Notes: generated from the letters alone by a model not told the origin. A stretch of DNA of 33,596 bases from an uncultured Candidatus Saccharibacteria bacterium (GCA_964477425.1 CAYZDR010000002.1:1-33596), one strand, 5' to 3'; positions 9,580 through 17,958 are shown, numbered from the stretch's first letter. Made by a program: numbers and translations.

Positions 9580-9990
9580 TTAACAATTCAAACGACTTTC
9601 AATAAATTCTTTTATTTTGTTAGCCATTTCAAATGCTTCTTCTGCCATTTCCCAAGAAATTCCTTCTGGATAATCTGCTGGATATCTAGTTTCTATATAA
9701 AACTCAGTTAGTTTTATTGACTCTTCTTTTAGATCCACGAAAGCAGGATCAATCCCTATACATAATTCTAGTATCCTCTCTAAATTATGTATTTTAGGAA
9801 AATTTTCTTGTTTAGAAATTAGGAATGCCTTTAGATATTTTTCTACCATTTGCTGTGACATAAAACAAACAGAACTCGGAGCTCCGTCTCTATGTTTTAG
9901 AATAGACTTTGAAGAAAGCTCATCTTCGCCTGCTCTTTTAATCCATTCTTTGACCACGGAATCTAAATTTGTTTTATCACTATCTTGCAT
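9580..9990 (-). CDS. hepT: HEPN domain protein (toxin of a HEPN/MNT type VII TA pair)
   Basis: 136-aa helical ORF. HEPN-type blocks ..KRAGEDL..A.. and ..EFYIETRYPADYPE... Overlaps the upstream nucleotidyltransferase gene by 11 nt. Confidence 0.82.
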   Translation of the reverse strand: MQDSDKTNLDSVVKEWIKRAGEDELSSKSILKHRDGAPSSVCFMSQQMVEKYLKAFLISKQENFPKIHNLERILELCIGIDPAFVDLKEESIKLTEFYIETRYPADYPEGISWEMAEEAFEMANKIKEFIESRLNC

Positions 9991-10300
9991 ACAAAACTTT
10001 GCCTTTATTAACTATTTTTTCTGCAAAAAAATCTTTCATTGCTAATCTTCTTTCTATCTCTTCTGGCGTATAACTCACGACATCATAAGCAATTCCTGAG
10101 CCAAAAAGCAATCTTCTTATATTAATCTGCCTTTCTCTCCGTGATTCTTTTGATTTTTCAACCACTACAAGATCAACATCACTATCAGGCCCCGGGTTTC
10201 CCCACGCATAAGAACCGAAAAGAATTATTTTTTCAGGATCAACTTCTTTAACAATTTTATTAGTTATTTCACTTAACTTTTTTTCTATATCTTTACTCAT
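9980..10300 (-). CDS. mntA: Minimal nucleotidyltransferase (MNT antitoxin)
   Basis: 106-aa ORF with the pol-beta-type motif ..ILFGSYAWGNPGPDSDVDLVVV.. (GS-x-DxD). Confidence 0.87.
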   Translation of the reverse strand: MSKDIEKKLSEITNKIVKEVDPEKIILFGSYAWGNPGPDSDVDLVVVEKSKESRRERQINIRRLLFGSGIAYDVVSYTPEEIERRLAMKDFFAEKIVNKGKVLYAR

Positions 10301-10312
10301 ATTTAGATTATA

Positions 10313-11230
10313 TCATACTTTGTTAATTTTCTCCATAAAATCCAAAATTTCTGTTTCTACTTTCTCCATTGGAAACTTTCTCCATTGGAAAATAGATTTT
10401 GATATAGACATAATGGCGCAAGTATAATGGGCATTTTCGCTTTTTGCTACATAAGCATTGTTATGCCATCGTATAACTGCCCATTGTTTTTGTAAAATAC
10501 TTTTACAAACAGATAGAAAAGAATGCTTCCAAAGATTTATTTCTAACCATCCTCCTTTACCATAAATATATTTATATCTTTCTTTGTTTAATTTTTCTAG
10601 ATCTCTTTCTTTCCCAAATTCTAAAAGTTTTTTTGATACCCATGGCGAAACTAATTGTTGAGTTTCAATAAGATAAAAACACTCCGCTAAATGTCTTACA
10701 CAAGACATCGTAATTTCTGAAAAACGATATTTCTGTTTTTCTTTAGTTCTATTAAGAAACTTTCTTGTTATTCCACTCCCCTGCCAATTATATTTTTGGA
10801 TTATATTTTCAGTAACACTTTCTCTTGAAACAAAATCTATCAAACAGTTTGATGCAGTATTATCTGATCGAGTGAGCATTAGATTTAATAAATATTCAAT
10901 TGACATTTTATCTCCAGATTTCAAAAGCGGTCTAGTATCATTTGGGAAAATACGGCTATCTTTATCTACATCATTTGGAGATTTGACTTCAACTATTGTT
11001 TCCAGAGAAAAATTACCTTTTTCAATTTGTCGCAAAATTTCTGCTCCAATAAAAATTTTATAGCAACTTGCTGGATAAATAAATTTATCTATATTGTACC
11101 CGAAAATGCAAGGATTATCTGGTATAAGATCAATAATGCAAATTGAAAACTCAAACTTATTCTGATATTTTTTAATAATTTTATCAAAAAGTTCTTTTTC
11201 AAATTGTTGATTTTGAATTAATTGTTTCAT
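10313..11230 (-). CDS. Serine hydrolase, class A beta-lactamase-like / penicillin-binding-type fold
   Basis: 305-aa ORF. SxxK (PASCYKIF), SDN (TRSDNTASN) and a KTG-position motif (GKGGW) in the expected order. Sits directly downstream of ddl. Confidence 0.62.
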   Translation of the reverse strand: MKQLIQNQQFEKELFDKIIKKYQNKFEFSICIIDLIPDNPCIFGYNIDKFIYPASCYKIFIGAEILRQIEKGNFSLETIVEVKSPNDVDKDSRIFPNDTRPLLKSGDKMSIEYLLNLMLTRSDNTASNCLIDFVSRESVTENIIQKYNWQGSGITRKFLNRTKEKQKYRFSEITMSCVRHLAECFYLIETQQLVSPWVSKKLLEFGKERDLEKLNKERYKYIYGKGGWLEINLWKHSFLSVCKSILQKQWAVIRWHNNAYVAKSENAHYTCAIMSISKSIFQWRKFPMEKVETEILDFMEKINKV

Positions 11231-11235
11231 TTCAA

Positions 11236-12339
11236 TTATTTATCGAAAGTAGTTTTTAATTTTTGCTCTTTATTAAATCTCTCAATTGATAATTGAATTA
11301 ATTCATCAATTAATTTAGTATACGATATTCCGCTGGCTTCCCAAAGTTTGGGATACATACTATTTTTTGTAAAACCTGGCATAGTGTTAATCTCATTTAC
11401 TATAATTTTATTATTATCTTTAAGAAAAAAATCAACTCTTCCCAACCCTTCACAAGATAAAGTTTCGAATGTTTTTATTGCAAGCTCTTGTATTTGTTTC
11501 GTTATCTTACTCGAAATCTTTGCTGGTATTTCTAAAACTAAATTTTTTTCATCAATATATTTAGATTCATAAGAATAAAATTCATGATTATATAAAATTT
11601 CACCAGGAACTGAAGCAGCTAGTTTAGTATTTCCAAGCACCGAACATTCAATTTCTCTACCATTAATACATTCTTCGATAATTATTTTAATATCATACTC
11701 AAAAGCATCTTTGATACCATTCTGATATTCAGTTTCATTATGAATCTTATTTACACCAATAGATGAACCCATATTTGCAGGTTTAATAAAAAACGGAAGC
11801 CCCAGTTTATCTTTTATATTTTCAAAATCAGGAATTGTTTCATAGGATTTTAGAACAATAAATTTCCCGATTGGAACATCGGCATCACGCAATAAGCGTT
11901 TCATAATATCTTTATCCATTCCAATAGCCGAACCAAGAACACCAGCTCCTATAAATGGAATATTTGCTAATTTTAATAATCCCTGCACTGTTCCATCCTC
12001 TCCAAATGGTCCATGCAAAATTGGAAAAATTATATCAATTACTAAATTTTCATTTTGATTAACAAGATTTAAAATTTTTCCATCACTTTGAGGAATTAAA
12101 GCAACTGAATCACCTGATTCGCCTAATTTAATAAATTGAGAATCATTAGTATTGAGCAACGACTCTGAATTATTATTTAATGACCATTTTCCAGTCTTAT
12201 CTATTATAATAAGAATTGGATTATATTTTCCCTTATCTATAGCATTAAAAACATTTTTTGCTGATTGTAAAGATACTTCATGCTCAGCAGATTTCCCACC
12301 AAATAGAATTCCGACATTGATCTTATTCTTTCTATTCAT
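11236..12339 (-). CDS. ddl: D-alanine--D-alanine ligase
   Basis: 367-aa ORF. N-terminus ..VGILFGGKSAEHEVSLQSAKNV.., then ..HGPFGEDGTVQGLL.., an ATP-grasp core and ..VNEINTMPGFT... Confidence 0.93.
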   Translation of the reverse strand: MNRKNKINVGILFGGKSAEHEVSLQSAKNVFNAIDKGKYNPILIIIDKTGKWSLNNNSESLLNTNDSQFIKLGESGDSVALIPQSDGKILNLVNQNENLVIDIIFPILHGPFGEDGTVQGLLKLANIPFIGAGVLGSAIGMDKDIMKRLLRDADVPIGKFIVLKSYETIPDFENIKDKLGLPFFIKPANMGSSIGVNKIHNETEYQNGIKDAFEYDIKIIIEECINGREIECSVLGNTKLAASVPGEILYNHEFYSYESKYIDEKNLVLEIPAKISSKITKQIQELAIKTFETLSCEGLGRVDFFLKDNNKIIVNEINTMPGFTKNSMYPKLWEASGISYTKLIDELIQLSIERFNKEQKLKTTFDK

Positions 12340-12341
12340 AG

Positions 12342-15320
12342 TTACACTTTACCAATTTTCAAAGACCAGTTTTTAGCCTCCTTCTCAAAACTAAAATCAC
12401 CTTCCATATTTTCCTCCATTTTTTCTGCAAGAACTTCTCTTGCTATATATTCTCCAAAATTAGAAAATGCTTTTTTAATATCCTCATCATCAGAACTCCA
12501 TGAAACATTTATTCTATCATCAATCTCAAACCCCGCCTCTTTCCTCGCCTGCTGAATAGACCTTACAATCTCCCTAGCAACCCCCTCAACCCGCAACTCC
12601 TCCGTAATCTCTATATTCAAACAAACCGAAATCCCCCCATCTTCCACCATCACAGATTCGTCAGATTTACCTGCACCGTCATCGTCCCTTAATTCTTCAT
12701 TCTTAATTCTTAATTCTTTAATATTAATCTCGCCTTTAACTAATTCGACTAAATCATCCGGCAATACCCCCACTCCATTAACACTCATCTCCCCCAGTGG
12801 TTGTCTCACTTTAATTCCAGCTTTTGCTCTCGCCGCCAATCCTAATTCAACAATTTTTCTTGTCTTCGCCATCTGATCATTTAATTTTTCATCAATCAAA
12901 GATTCATCTGCAACTGGAAAATTTTCCAAGTGCACCGACTTGTCCGCCGTAGCTCCCGCAGGAGCGAAGGAGGATCCGCCCTCATGAGTTAACTCTGTAG
13001 ATCCAGTTTTCAAACCTCTGTAAATCATTTCTGAAATAAATGGAGTAAATGGTGCCATGACTTTGGATAATTCTAACAGGACAGTATACAAAGTTTGGTA
13101 AGCACTATTTTTATCTTCATCGCTTTCACTCTTCCAAAATCTCCTACGAGATCGGCGAATGTACCAATTAGACAAGTTATCAATAAATTCTGGGATTGCT
13201 CGGGTCGCCTTAACGACGTCATAGCCAACCATATTGTCATTCACTGTTTTTATTAAAGAATTTAATTTTGATATTATCCATTTATCTAATAGATTTTTTG
13301 AAAACTCTACTTCATCTTTTGGCTCCCAATTATCAACTACTGCATATGTATTAAAAAACGCAACAGAATTCCATAGTCTCATAAATACTCCTCGCTGAAT
13401 TTCTGCAATATCTTTTTCAGAAAAATTCATATCCTGAGCAGACATCAAAGGAGAAGAAAGAAAATAGAATCTCAAAGCATCAGCTGAATATTTTTCAAGT
13501 ACCTCATCTGGGGCAGTAAAATTTCCCAATGATTTTGACATTTTTCTTCCATCACTACCTGCAATAGTTCCAGTAACAACAACATTCTTGAAGGCCGGCT
13601 GATCAAAAATAGCAACAGAAATTACGTGCAATAAGTAAAACCATGCACGAGTCTGTGGAACATACTCAGAAATAAAATCAGTAGGAAAACTCTTCTCAAA
13701 TTTTTCTTTGTTCTCAAATGGATAATGAAACTGAGCAAATGGCATTGACCCTGATTCTAACCAGCAATCAAAAATCTGTGGAATTCTTTTCATTATACCT
13801 CCGCACTCATCACACTTAAATGTTACTCCGTCTATTTTTGGACGATGATAATCATCCAATCTGTCTTTAGATAATTTCTCTAGTTCATCATATGAACCAA
13901 TAATTTTTATATTTTTACAATCTTTCTCCTCACATTTCCAAACGGGCATTGCTGTTCCCCAATATCTGTCTCGAGAAATATTCCAATCTGGAGCACTTTC
14001 TATTCCTTTCTGGAATCTTCCTTCTTTAAGGTGCTTTGGAAACCAATTTATTTCTTGATTTTTTTCTAAAAGTTTTTTTCGAATTGTAGCAATATTTACA
14101 AACCATGCTGGCTGAGCTTTGTATATCATCTTGGAATGGCATCTATAACAATGAGGATAACTATGAGTGACTTCTTCCATTTTGAACAAATATTTATTTT
14201 CTTCTAACCATTGTACAATTTCTTTGTTAGCATCCCAGACATTTTTGCCTTTCCATTCTCCGTCAATAAACTTTCCCGCTTCATCAACATTTAAGATTAT
14301 TGGCAAACCTTTTTCTTTCCGAAGATTAAAATCATCTTCTCCAAAAGCAGGTGCAATGTGTACAATCCCTGTCCCGTCTTCAGCAGTAACAAAATCTCCA
14401 GAAACTACTTTATATCCATCTTGAATATCACTCTTAAAAACTGCTTCGTAATTTCTACCAACTAAATCGCTTCCTTCTATTTCTTCAATGACCTCATATT
14501 TTTCATCTTTCATAACATCGGTAATTCTATCTTCAGCCAAAATATATTTTTCTTCTCCATTTCTGATACTTACCACTTGATACTTAATATTACTACCGAC
14601 TGCCAATGCAACATTAGCCAGAAGAGTCCACGGAGTAGTTGTCCAGACAAGAAAATAAGTATTTTCCCAATCTTTAGCTTTCATCTTTACATATACGGTT
14701 GGATCGGTATCTTCCTGATAACTATTATCCATTGCAATTTCAAAATTACTAAGAGGCGTAGCACATCTAGGGCAATATAGTGAGATTCTTACATCTTCAT
14801 AAACTAACTTTTTGTCGTACAATTGTTTGAATGCCCACCAGACTGATTCCATATAATCTTTATCCATCGTTTTATAGGCATTCCTAAATTCTACCCATCG
14901 ACCAATTCTTCCAATAACATCTTCCCATTCTCCTGCAATTCTAGAAGTCTCTTCAAAACAAGTTTGATTGAATTTCTCAATTCCAACTTTGTCTTCAATA
15001 TCTTTTTTACTTTTCGTCCCCAATTTCTTTTCTACCATATGTTCAGCAGGCAATCCATGACAATCCCATCCCCAACGTCTTTCTACTTGATACCCTTTCA
15101 TTGTCCAAAACCTAGGAAAACAATCTTTGACAACAGATGAAAGAAGCGTCCCCCAATGTGGAACACCAGTGATGAATGGTGGACCATCGTAAAAACTATA
15201 CTGCTCCGCATCCTTCCTATTCTCTAAAGACTTTTCAAATATTTTATTTTCATTCCAAAAAGCCAGAACCTCTTTTTCCAGATCCGCTAATTTCTTTTTG
15301 TTATCTATTGGTTGAAACAT
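12342..15320 (-). CDS. ileS: Isoleucine--tRNA ligase (type 2, eukaryote-like)
   Basis: 992-aa ORF. Blocks: ..FYDGPPFITGVPHWGT.. (HIGH region), ..GWDCHGLP.., CP1 editing region, ..GRKMSKSLGN.. (KMSKS). Contains two in-frame repeat copies (listed separately). Confidence 0.95.
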   Translation of the reverse strand: MFQPIDNKKKLADLEKEVLAFWNENKIFEKSLENRKDAEQYSFYDGPPFITGVPHWGTLLSSVVKDCFPRFWTMKGYQVERRWGWDCHGLPAEHMVEKKLGTKSKKDIEDKVGIEKFNQTCFEETSRIAGEWEDVIGRIGRWVEFRNAYKTMDKDYMESVWWAFKQLYDKKLVYEDVRISLYCPRCATPLSNFEIAMDNSYQEDTDPTVYVKMKAKDWENTYFLVWTTTPWTLLANVALAVGSNIKYQVVSIRNGEEKYILAEDRITDVMKDEKYEVIEEIEGSDLVGRNYEAVFKSDIQDGYKVVSGDFVTAEDGTGIVHIAPAFGEDDFNLRKEKGLPIILNVDEAGKFIDGEWKGKNVWDANKEIVQWLEENKYLFKMEEVTHSYPHCYRCHSKMIYKAQPAWFVNIATIRKKLLEKNQEINWFPKHLKEGRFQKGIESAPDWNISRDRYWGTAMPVWKCEEKDCKNIKIIGSYDELEKLSKDRLDDYHRPKIDGVTFKCDECGGIMKRIPQIFDCWLESGSMPFAQFHYPFENKEKFEKSFPTDFISEYVPQTRAWFYLLHVISVAIFDQPAFKNVVVTGTIAGSDGRKMSKSLGNFTAPDEVLEKYSADALRFYFLSSPLMSAQDMNFSEKDIAEIQRGVFMRLWNSVAFFNTYAVVDNWEPKDEVEFSKNLLDKWIISKLNSLIKTVNDNMVGYDVVKATRAIPEFIDNLSNWYIRRSRRRFWKSESDEDKNSAYQTLYTVLLELSKVMAPFTPFISEMIYRGLKTGSTELTHEGGSSFAPAGATADKSVHLENFPVADESLIDEKLNDQMAKTRKIVELGLAARAKAGIKVRQPLGEMSVNGVGVLPDDLVELVKGEINIKELRIKNEELRDDDGAGKSDESVMVEDGGISVCLNIEITEELRVEGVAREIVRSIQQARKEAGFEIDDRINVSWSSDDEDIKKAFSNFGEYIAREVLAEKMEENMEGDFSFEKEAKNWSLKIGKV
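12691..12725. repeat. Heptamer tandem array inside ileS (AATTCTT CATTCTT AATTCTT AATTCTT TAATATT)
   Basis: 7-nt periodicity over 35 nt within the CDS. Translated on the - strand as ..NIKELRIKNEELR... Confidence 0.7.
12936..12986. repeat. GC-rich GCR repeat copy inside ileS
   Basis: CTTGTCCGCCGTAGCTCCCGCAGGAGCGAAGGAGGATCCGCC aligns with the intergenic copies at 5085..5113 and 17821..17853. Translated as ..HEGGSSFAPAGATADKS... Confidence 0.7.
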
Positions 15321-15322
15321 AA

Positions 15323-15616
15323 TTAGGATTTAATCTTAAATGGACGTTTATTAACCTCTAGTAAAATATCAAGTGTCGCATGTACTGAAAGATTATCGCT
15401 TGGTAAAAGAATTAAGCGATCATCTAATTGATTTAACAATGGACTTAAAAACTCATCAGCCCACGATGGTGACAATGTTGATATTCCAGAAAAATCTATT
15501 TCCAGTTCTTCATCTTTAGGAAGCTCGCTCAAGGTTGGCTGAAATGCTTTAAGTGCTTCACTCCCCAACTCTCGCGATATTAATGTTTTACCAAATTTTT
15601 CTAATTGTAACTTCAT
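15323..15616 (-). CDS. STAS-like domain protein (DUF4325 type)
   Basis: 97-aa ORF. ..LEIDFSGISTLSPSWADEFLSPL.. matches the DUF4325 hallmark (..DF.gV...sSF.DEf..). The stop codon lies 2 nt from the ileS start. Confidence 0.62.
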   Translation of the reverse strand: MKLQLEKFGKTLISRELGSEALKAFQPTLSELPKDEELEIDFSGISTLSPSWADEFLSPLLNQLDDRLILLPSDNLSVHATLDILLEVNKRPFKIKS

Positions 15617-15623
15617 ATATTTT

Positions 15624-16349
15624 CTAAAATTTAAATTCTATTTTCGCTAAACATCCACGCACAACATGTTGGCCACGATTGACATGAAATTCTTTATCAG
15701 ATCCCTGTATACGTACTTCTGCATCACCACTAGTAAAGAATAAATCAATTGGCCACTTCAGAACCACATTGCGAACAGTTTTAAGACCATTCCCGCGTTT
15801 TTCTGGCGCTCGCCCAGAGACAAATTCTGTAAATGCAACTTCCACTGCATCAACATGACTTGAAAGTTGAGGTTGAACACGACTTAATGTTTCCAAAATA
15901 CCTAATCCTCTATCGGCTAGAACGATAATACCTTTAGCAAGATCATATCCGAAAAATATTCCAGATGTATCCGGCCACTTCCCCAAATTGTGTGCAAACG
16001 AATTATCTCCAATCTCTCCGGCAATCAAAACAATTAGGGAATACAATTTTTCAAATCCAGACATCTGTTTGAGAACATTTTCCATTTTTGCCAATCGTGC
16101 ATTAAAATCTGAACTTGTCTGACAATAAAATTCACCGGGAAATTCAGTGCCATCCTGAATCCATTCGGATGCAAACTTCATTAAATCACTAGTAAAAATT
16201 TCCAGATCTTTTTCACGATAATATCTGTGAGTGCCACCATCTTTATTGATCGCCGTTAATTTACCGCTTTCATCCCAACGACGAAGTGTCTTCAAGGAAA
16301 CCTTGAGATATTCGGAAGCCTGACCAATTGTAAGTAATTTTTCTTTCAT
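15624..16349 (-). CDS. MerR-type HTH fused to a GHKL (RsbW/SpoIIAB-like) ATPase domain
   Basis: 241-aa ORF. N-terminus LTIGQASEYLKVSLKTLRRWDESGKL....GTHRYY is a MerR HTH. C-terminus has N-box EIGDNSFAH (E-x3-N-x3-H), G1 ADRGLGI (DxGxG) and G2 RGNGLKTV, in RsbW-like spacing. Confidence 0.7.
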   Translation of the reverse strand: MKEKLLTIGQASEYLKVSLKTLRRWDESGKLTAINKDGGTHRYYREKDLEIFTSDLMKFASEWIQDGTEFPGEFYCQTSSDFNARLAKMENVLKQMSGFEKLYSLIVLIAGEIGDNSFAHNLGKWPDTSGIFFGYDLAKGIIVLADRGLGILETLSRVQPQLSSHVDAVEVAFTEFVSGRAPEKRGNGLKTVRNVVLKWPIDLFFTSGDAEVRIQGSDKEFHVNRGQHVVRGCLAKIEFKF

Positions 16350-16355
16350 ATGTTT

Positions 16356-16384
16356 ATAATACCATACTTTTCAAATCTATACAA
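16356..16384 (-). promoter_or_regulatory. Candidate sigma70-type promoter (TTGTAT-17-TATTAT) ending 6 nt before the ATG
   Basis: - strand reads TTGTAT agatttgaaaagtatgg TATTAT aaacat ATG. This geometry predicts a leaderless or near-leaderless mRNA. Confidence 0.45.
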
Positions 16385-16394
16385 GTATCGACCA

Positions 16395-16450
16395 AATCTA
16401 CCCAAAAATACATCAATCTACCCATTTTTCACCTGAAACTACCCATTTTT
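16395..16450. promoter_or_regulatory. Three phased direct repeats AA(T/A)CTACCCA + A/T5 (iteron/operator-like)
   Basis: CTACCCA at 16398, 16418 and 16439, giving 20- and 21-bp spacing. Lies upstream of the MerR::GHKL gene at the left edge of the accessory island. Confidence 0.5.
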
Positions 16451-16701
16451 AACTAATTTTACAGTCTTTAAAACTTATCTCTGTTCTGTTTGGTTTACAC
16501 CATTCACTAATTTGGTGTCAAGTTCTCTTTACACCAAATTTTTGTACCCTTATTTTCCGCATAGAATAAAGGTTTTTACCCCTCTTTTGTTGTTTGGTAA
16601 TGTCGTTTTTTGAGGTGTTACGTAGTATGTTACGTAACAAAATGTTTTAATTCACCTGATATTTGAAATTAATCAAATTAAAAAGATGTTCATACACCTT
16701 T

Positions 16702-17178
16702 TTAAATCTTAATATGATTTGGTTTAATAGCTACTATACACACGTATCTCTCCACGAAATAAGCAAATATCCTTCCGCTGTCAGAAAATCTAATTTCCCT
16801 AATTTCCACATCGGGGGATAACCCATCAAATAAAGATTTATAGTTACCTCCCTTTTTCACGTTATCGTGTATCAATTTACTACTAGGTAATTCCCTTATA
16901 GTTGTTTCATTTATTCTCCGCAATTTTTCAATCAACTGTTTTGAGTCTTTTCCGTAAAGATCTTTTAGACCACATTGTCCTATCTTGTAATGAGCAAATG
17001 AAAACAAAAAGTTTTCTTTCAATTTATCTTCATAGTCAGGGACTTCCGCTCGAATTGCTACGCTTTGATCAATTTGTTTTGTTCTCTCAAATTTTCCTGC
17101 CTCTATGTTTATGTGCCAATCTTTTGATTTCGATTTTCTTTCCGCTTTTCTATTTTTATTTTTTGACCTTCCTCCCAT
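16702..17178 (-). CDS. Putative toxin partnered with the PanA antitoxin (uncharacterised; C-terminus RelE/HigB/Gp49-like by pattern only)
   Basis: 158-aa ORF overlapping the upstream DUF4065 gene by 23 nt. Very basic N-terminus (MGGRSKNKNRKAERKSKSK). The C-terminal ..EIREIRFSDSGRIFAYFVERYVCIVAIKPNH resembles the ..lyElR....RilY.....i.il....H end of RelE-fold toxins. Confidence 0.5.
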   Translation of the reverse strand: MGGRSKNKNRKAERKSKSKDWHINIEAGKFERTKQIDQSVAIRAEVPDYEDKLKENFLFSFAHYKIGQCGLKDLYGKDSKQLIEKLRRINETTIRELPSSKLIHDNVKKGGNYKSLFDGLSPDVEIREIRFSDSGRIFAYFVERYVCIVAIKPNHIKI

Positions 17179-17632
17179 AATATTCTTTCATTTCCTCCTT
17201 ACTAATAATAGCATCGGAAGCATCATAAGCAACACAACCACTGCGAGCATTTTGCCATGGTTCTTCATTGTGAGACAAAATTTCCAAATATGTCGCATCG
17301 TATTTCCCGTATACTTTCCAAACTTCGTCTAATATTTTTTTATCGTTATCGGTCAGTGCTCTAAAATCACTTTCCTGTGTTTTCATATCAATAGTAGCAC
17401 TACCAAATCTTTTAAATTCCCTGTAAACTTTTGGAATAGCAGGACCATGTACCCACGCTTCAAAATCCTCTAAAAATAAATCTTTCTTACGAAAAACTAA
17501 GTTCCATGCTTGTGAATAGTATAGAAGCTTTTGCAATTTTTTATTGGATAAATCTTTTTGTCGAGAATTATTGTTTTTTGCAATAAAATATTTGATTGTT
17601 GCCATTAATTTTGGCGACATATTTTGTGACAT
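17156..17632 (-). CDS. Panacea/DUF4065 (SocA/GepA-like) antitoxin-domain protein
   Basis: 158-aa ORF. ..KLQKLLYYSQAWNLVFRKKDLFLEDFEAWVHGPAIPKVYREFKRFG.. is the DUF4065 core (KL.KLlYy.q.w.....lf...feAW..GPv.p.vY). Confidence 0.8.
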   Translation of the reverse strand: MSQNMSPKLMATIKYFIAKNNNSRQKDLSNKKLQKLLYYSQAWNLVFRKKDLFLEDFEAWVHGPAIPKVYREFKRFGSATIDMKTQESDFRALTDNDKKILDEVWKVYGKYDATYLEILSHNEEPWQNARSGCVAYDASDAIISKEEMKEYYGRKVKK

Positions 17633-17820
17633 ATATTTTTTAAATTTTTGTTTTTATTAAGATATCCAATACATTTATATTGTACTTCTTTTTTGTCATA
17701 AATTCAATATTTATTTTTTGATTTGGTACTGTGGTCAACCACTTCTTGATACATTAATTTATTTCCAGTCTTTTATCAAAATTCCATCACCATATTTTTT
17801 GGCAACAACTTTTTGATTGA

Positions 17821-17853
17821 CTTGGTCCGCCGTAGCCTTTGGCGAAGGTGGAG
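17821..17853. repeat. GC-rich GCR repeat copy
   Basis: CTTGGTCCGCCGTAGCCTTTGGCGAAGGTGGAG, followed by a small hairpin CCGCCTTTGGGTGG at 17877..17890. Confidence 0.65.
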
Positions 17854-17920
17854 TGTTAGTTTATTTATTATTTTATCCGCCTTTGGGTGGAAATGTGCAT
17901 TTTAATGTACATTTTATTTT

Positions 17921-17945
17921 AATTCACAATTTAAATTGTGAATTC
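17921..17945. terminator. HP1 palindrome (AATTCACAATTTAAATTGTGAATTC), cassette-end hairpin
   Basis: Begins 14 nt after the stop of ORF 17959..18699. Same palindrome as 22412..22437 and 23207..23232, but lacks the first G and the U-tail on the - strand. Confidence 0.5.
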
Positions 17946-17958
17946 TTTTGTTATTCAC

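Noticed and set aside
17640-17815. Small ORFs in the PanA upstream spacer (e.g. 19-codon MTKKKYNINVLDILIKTKI on the - strand)
   Set aside because: Too short, no SD, Lys/Ile-rich low complexity. More likely promoter region.
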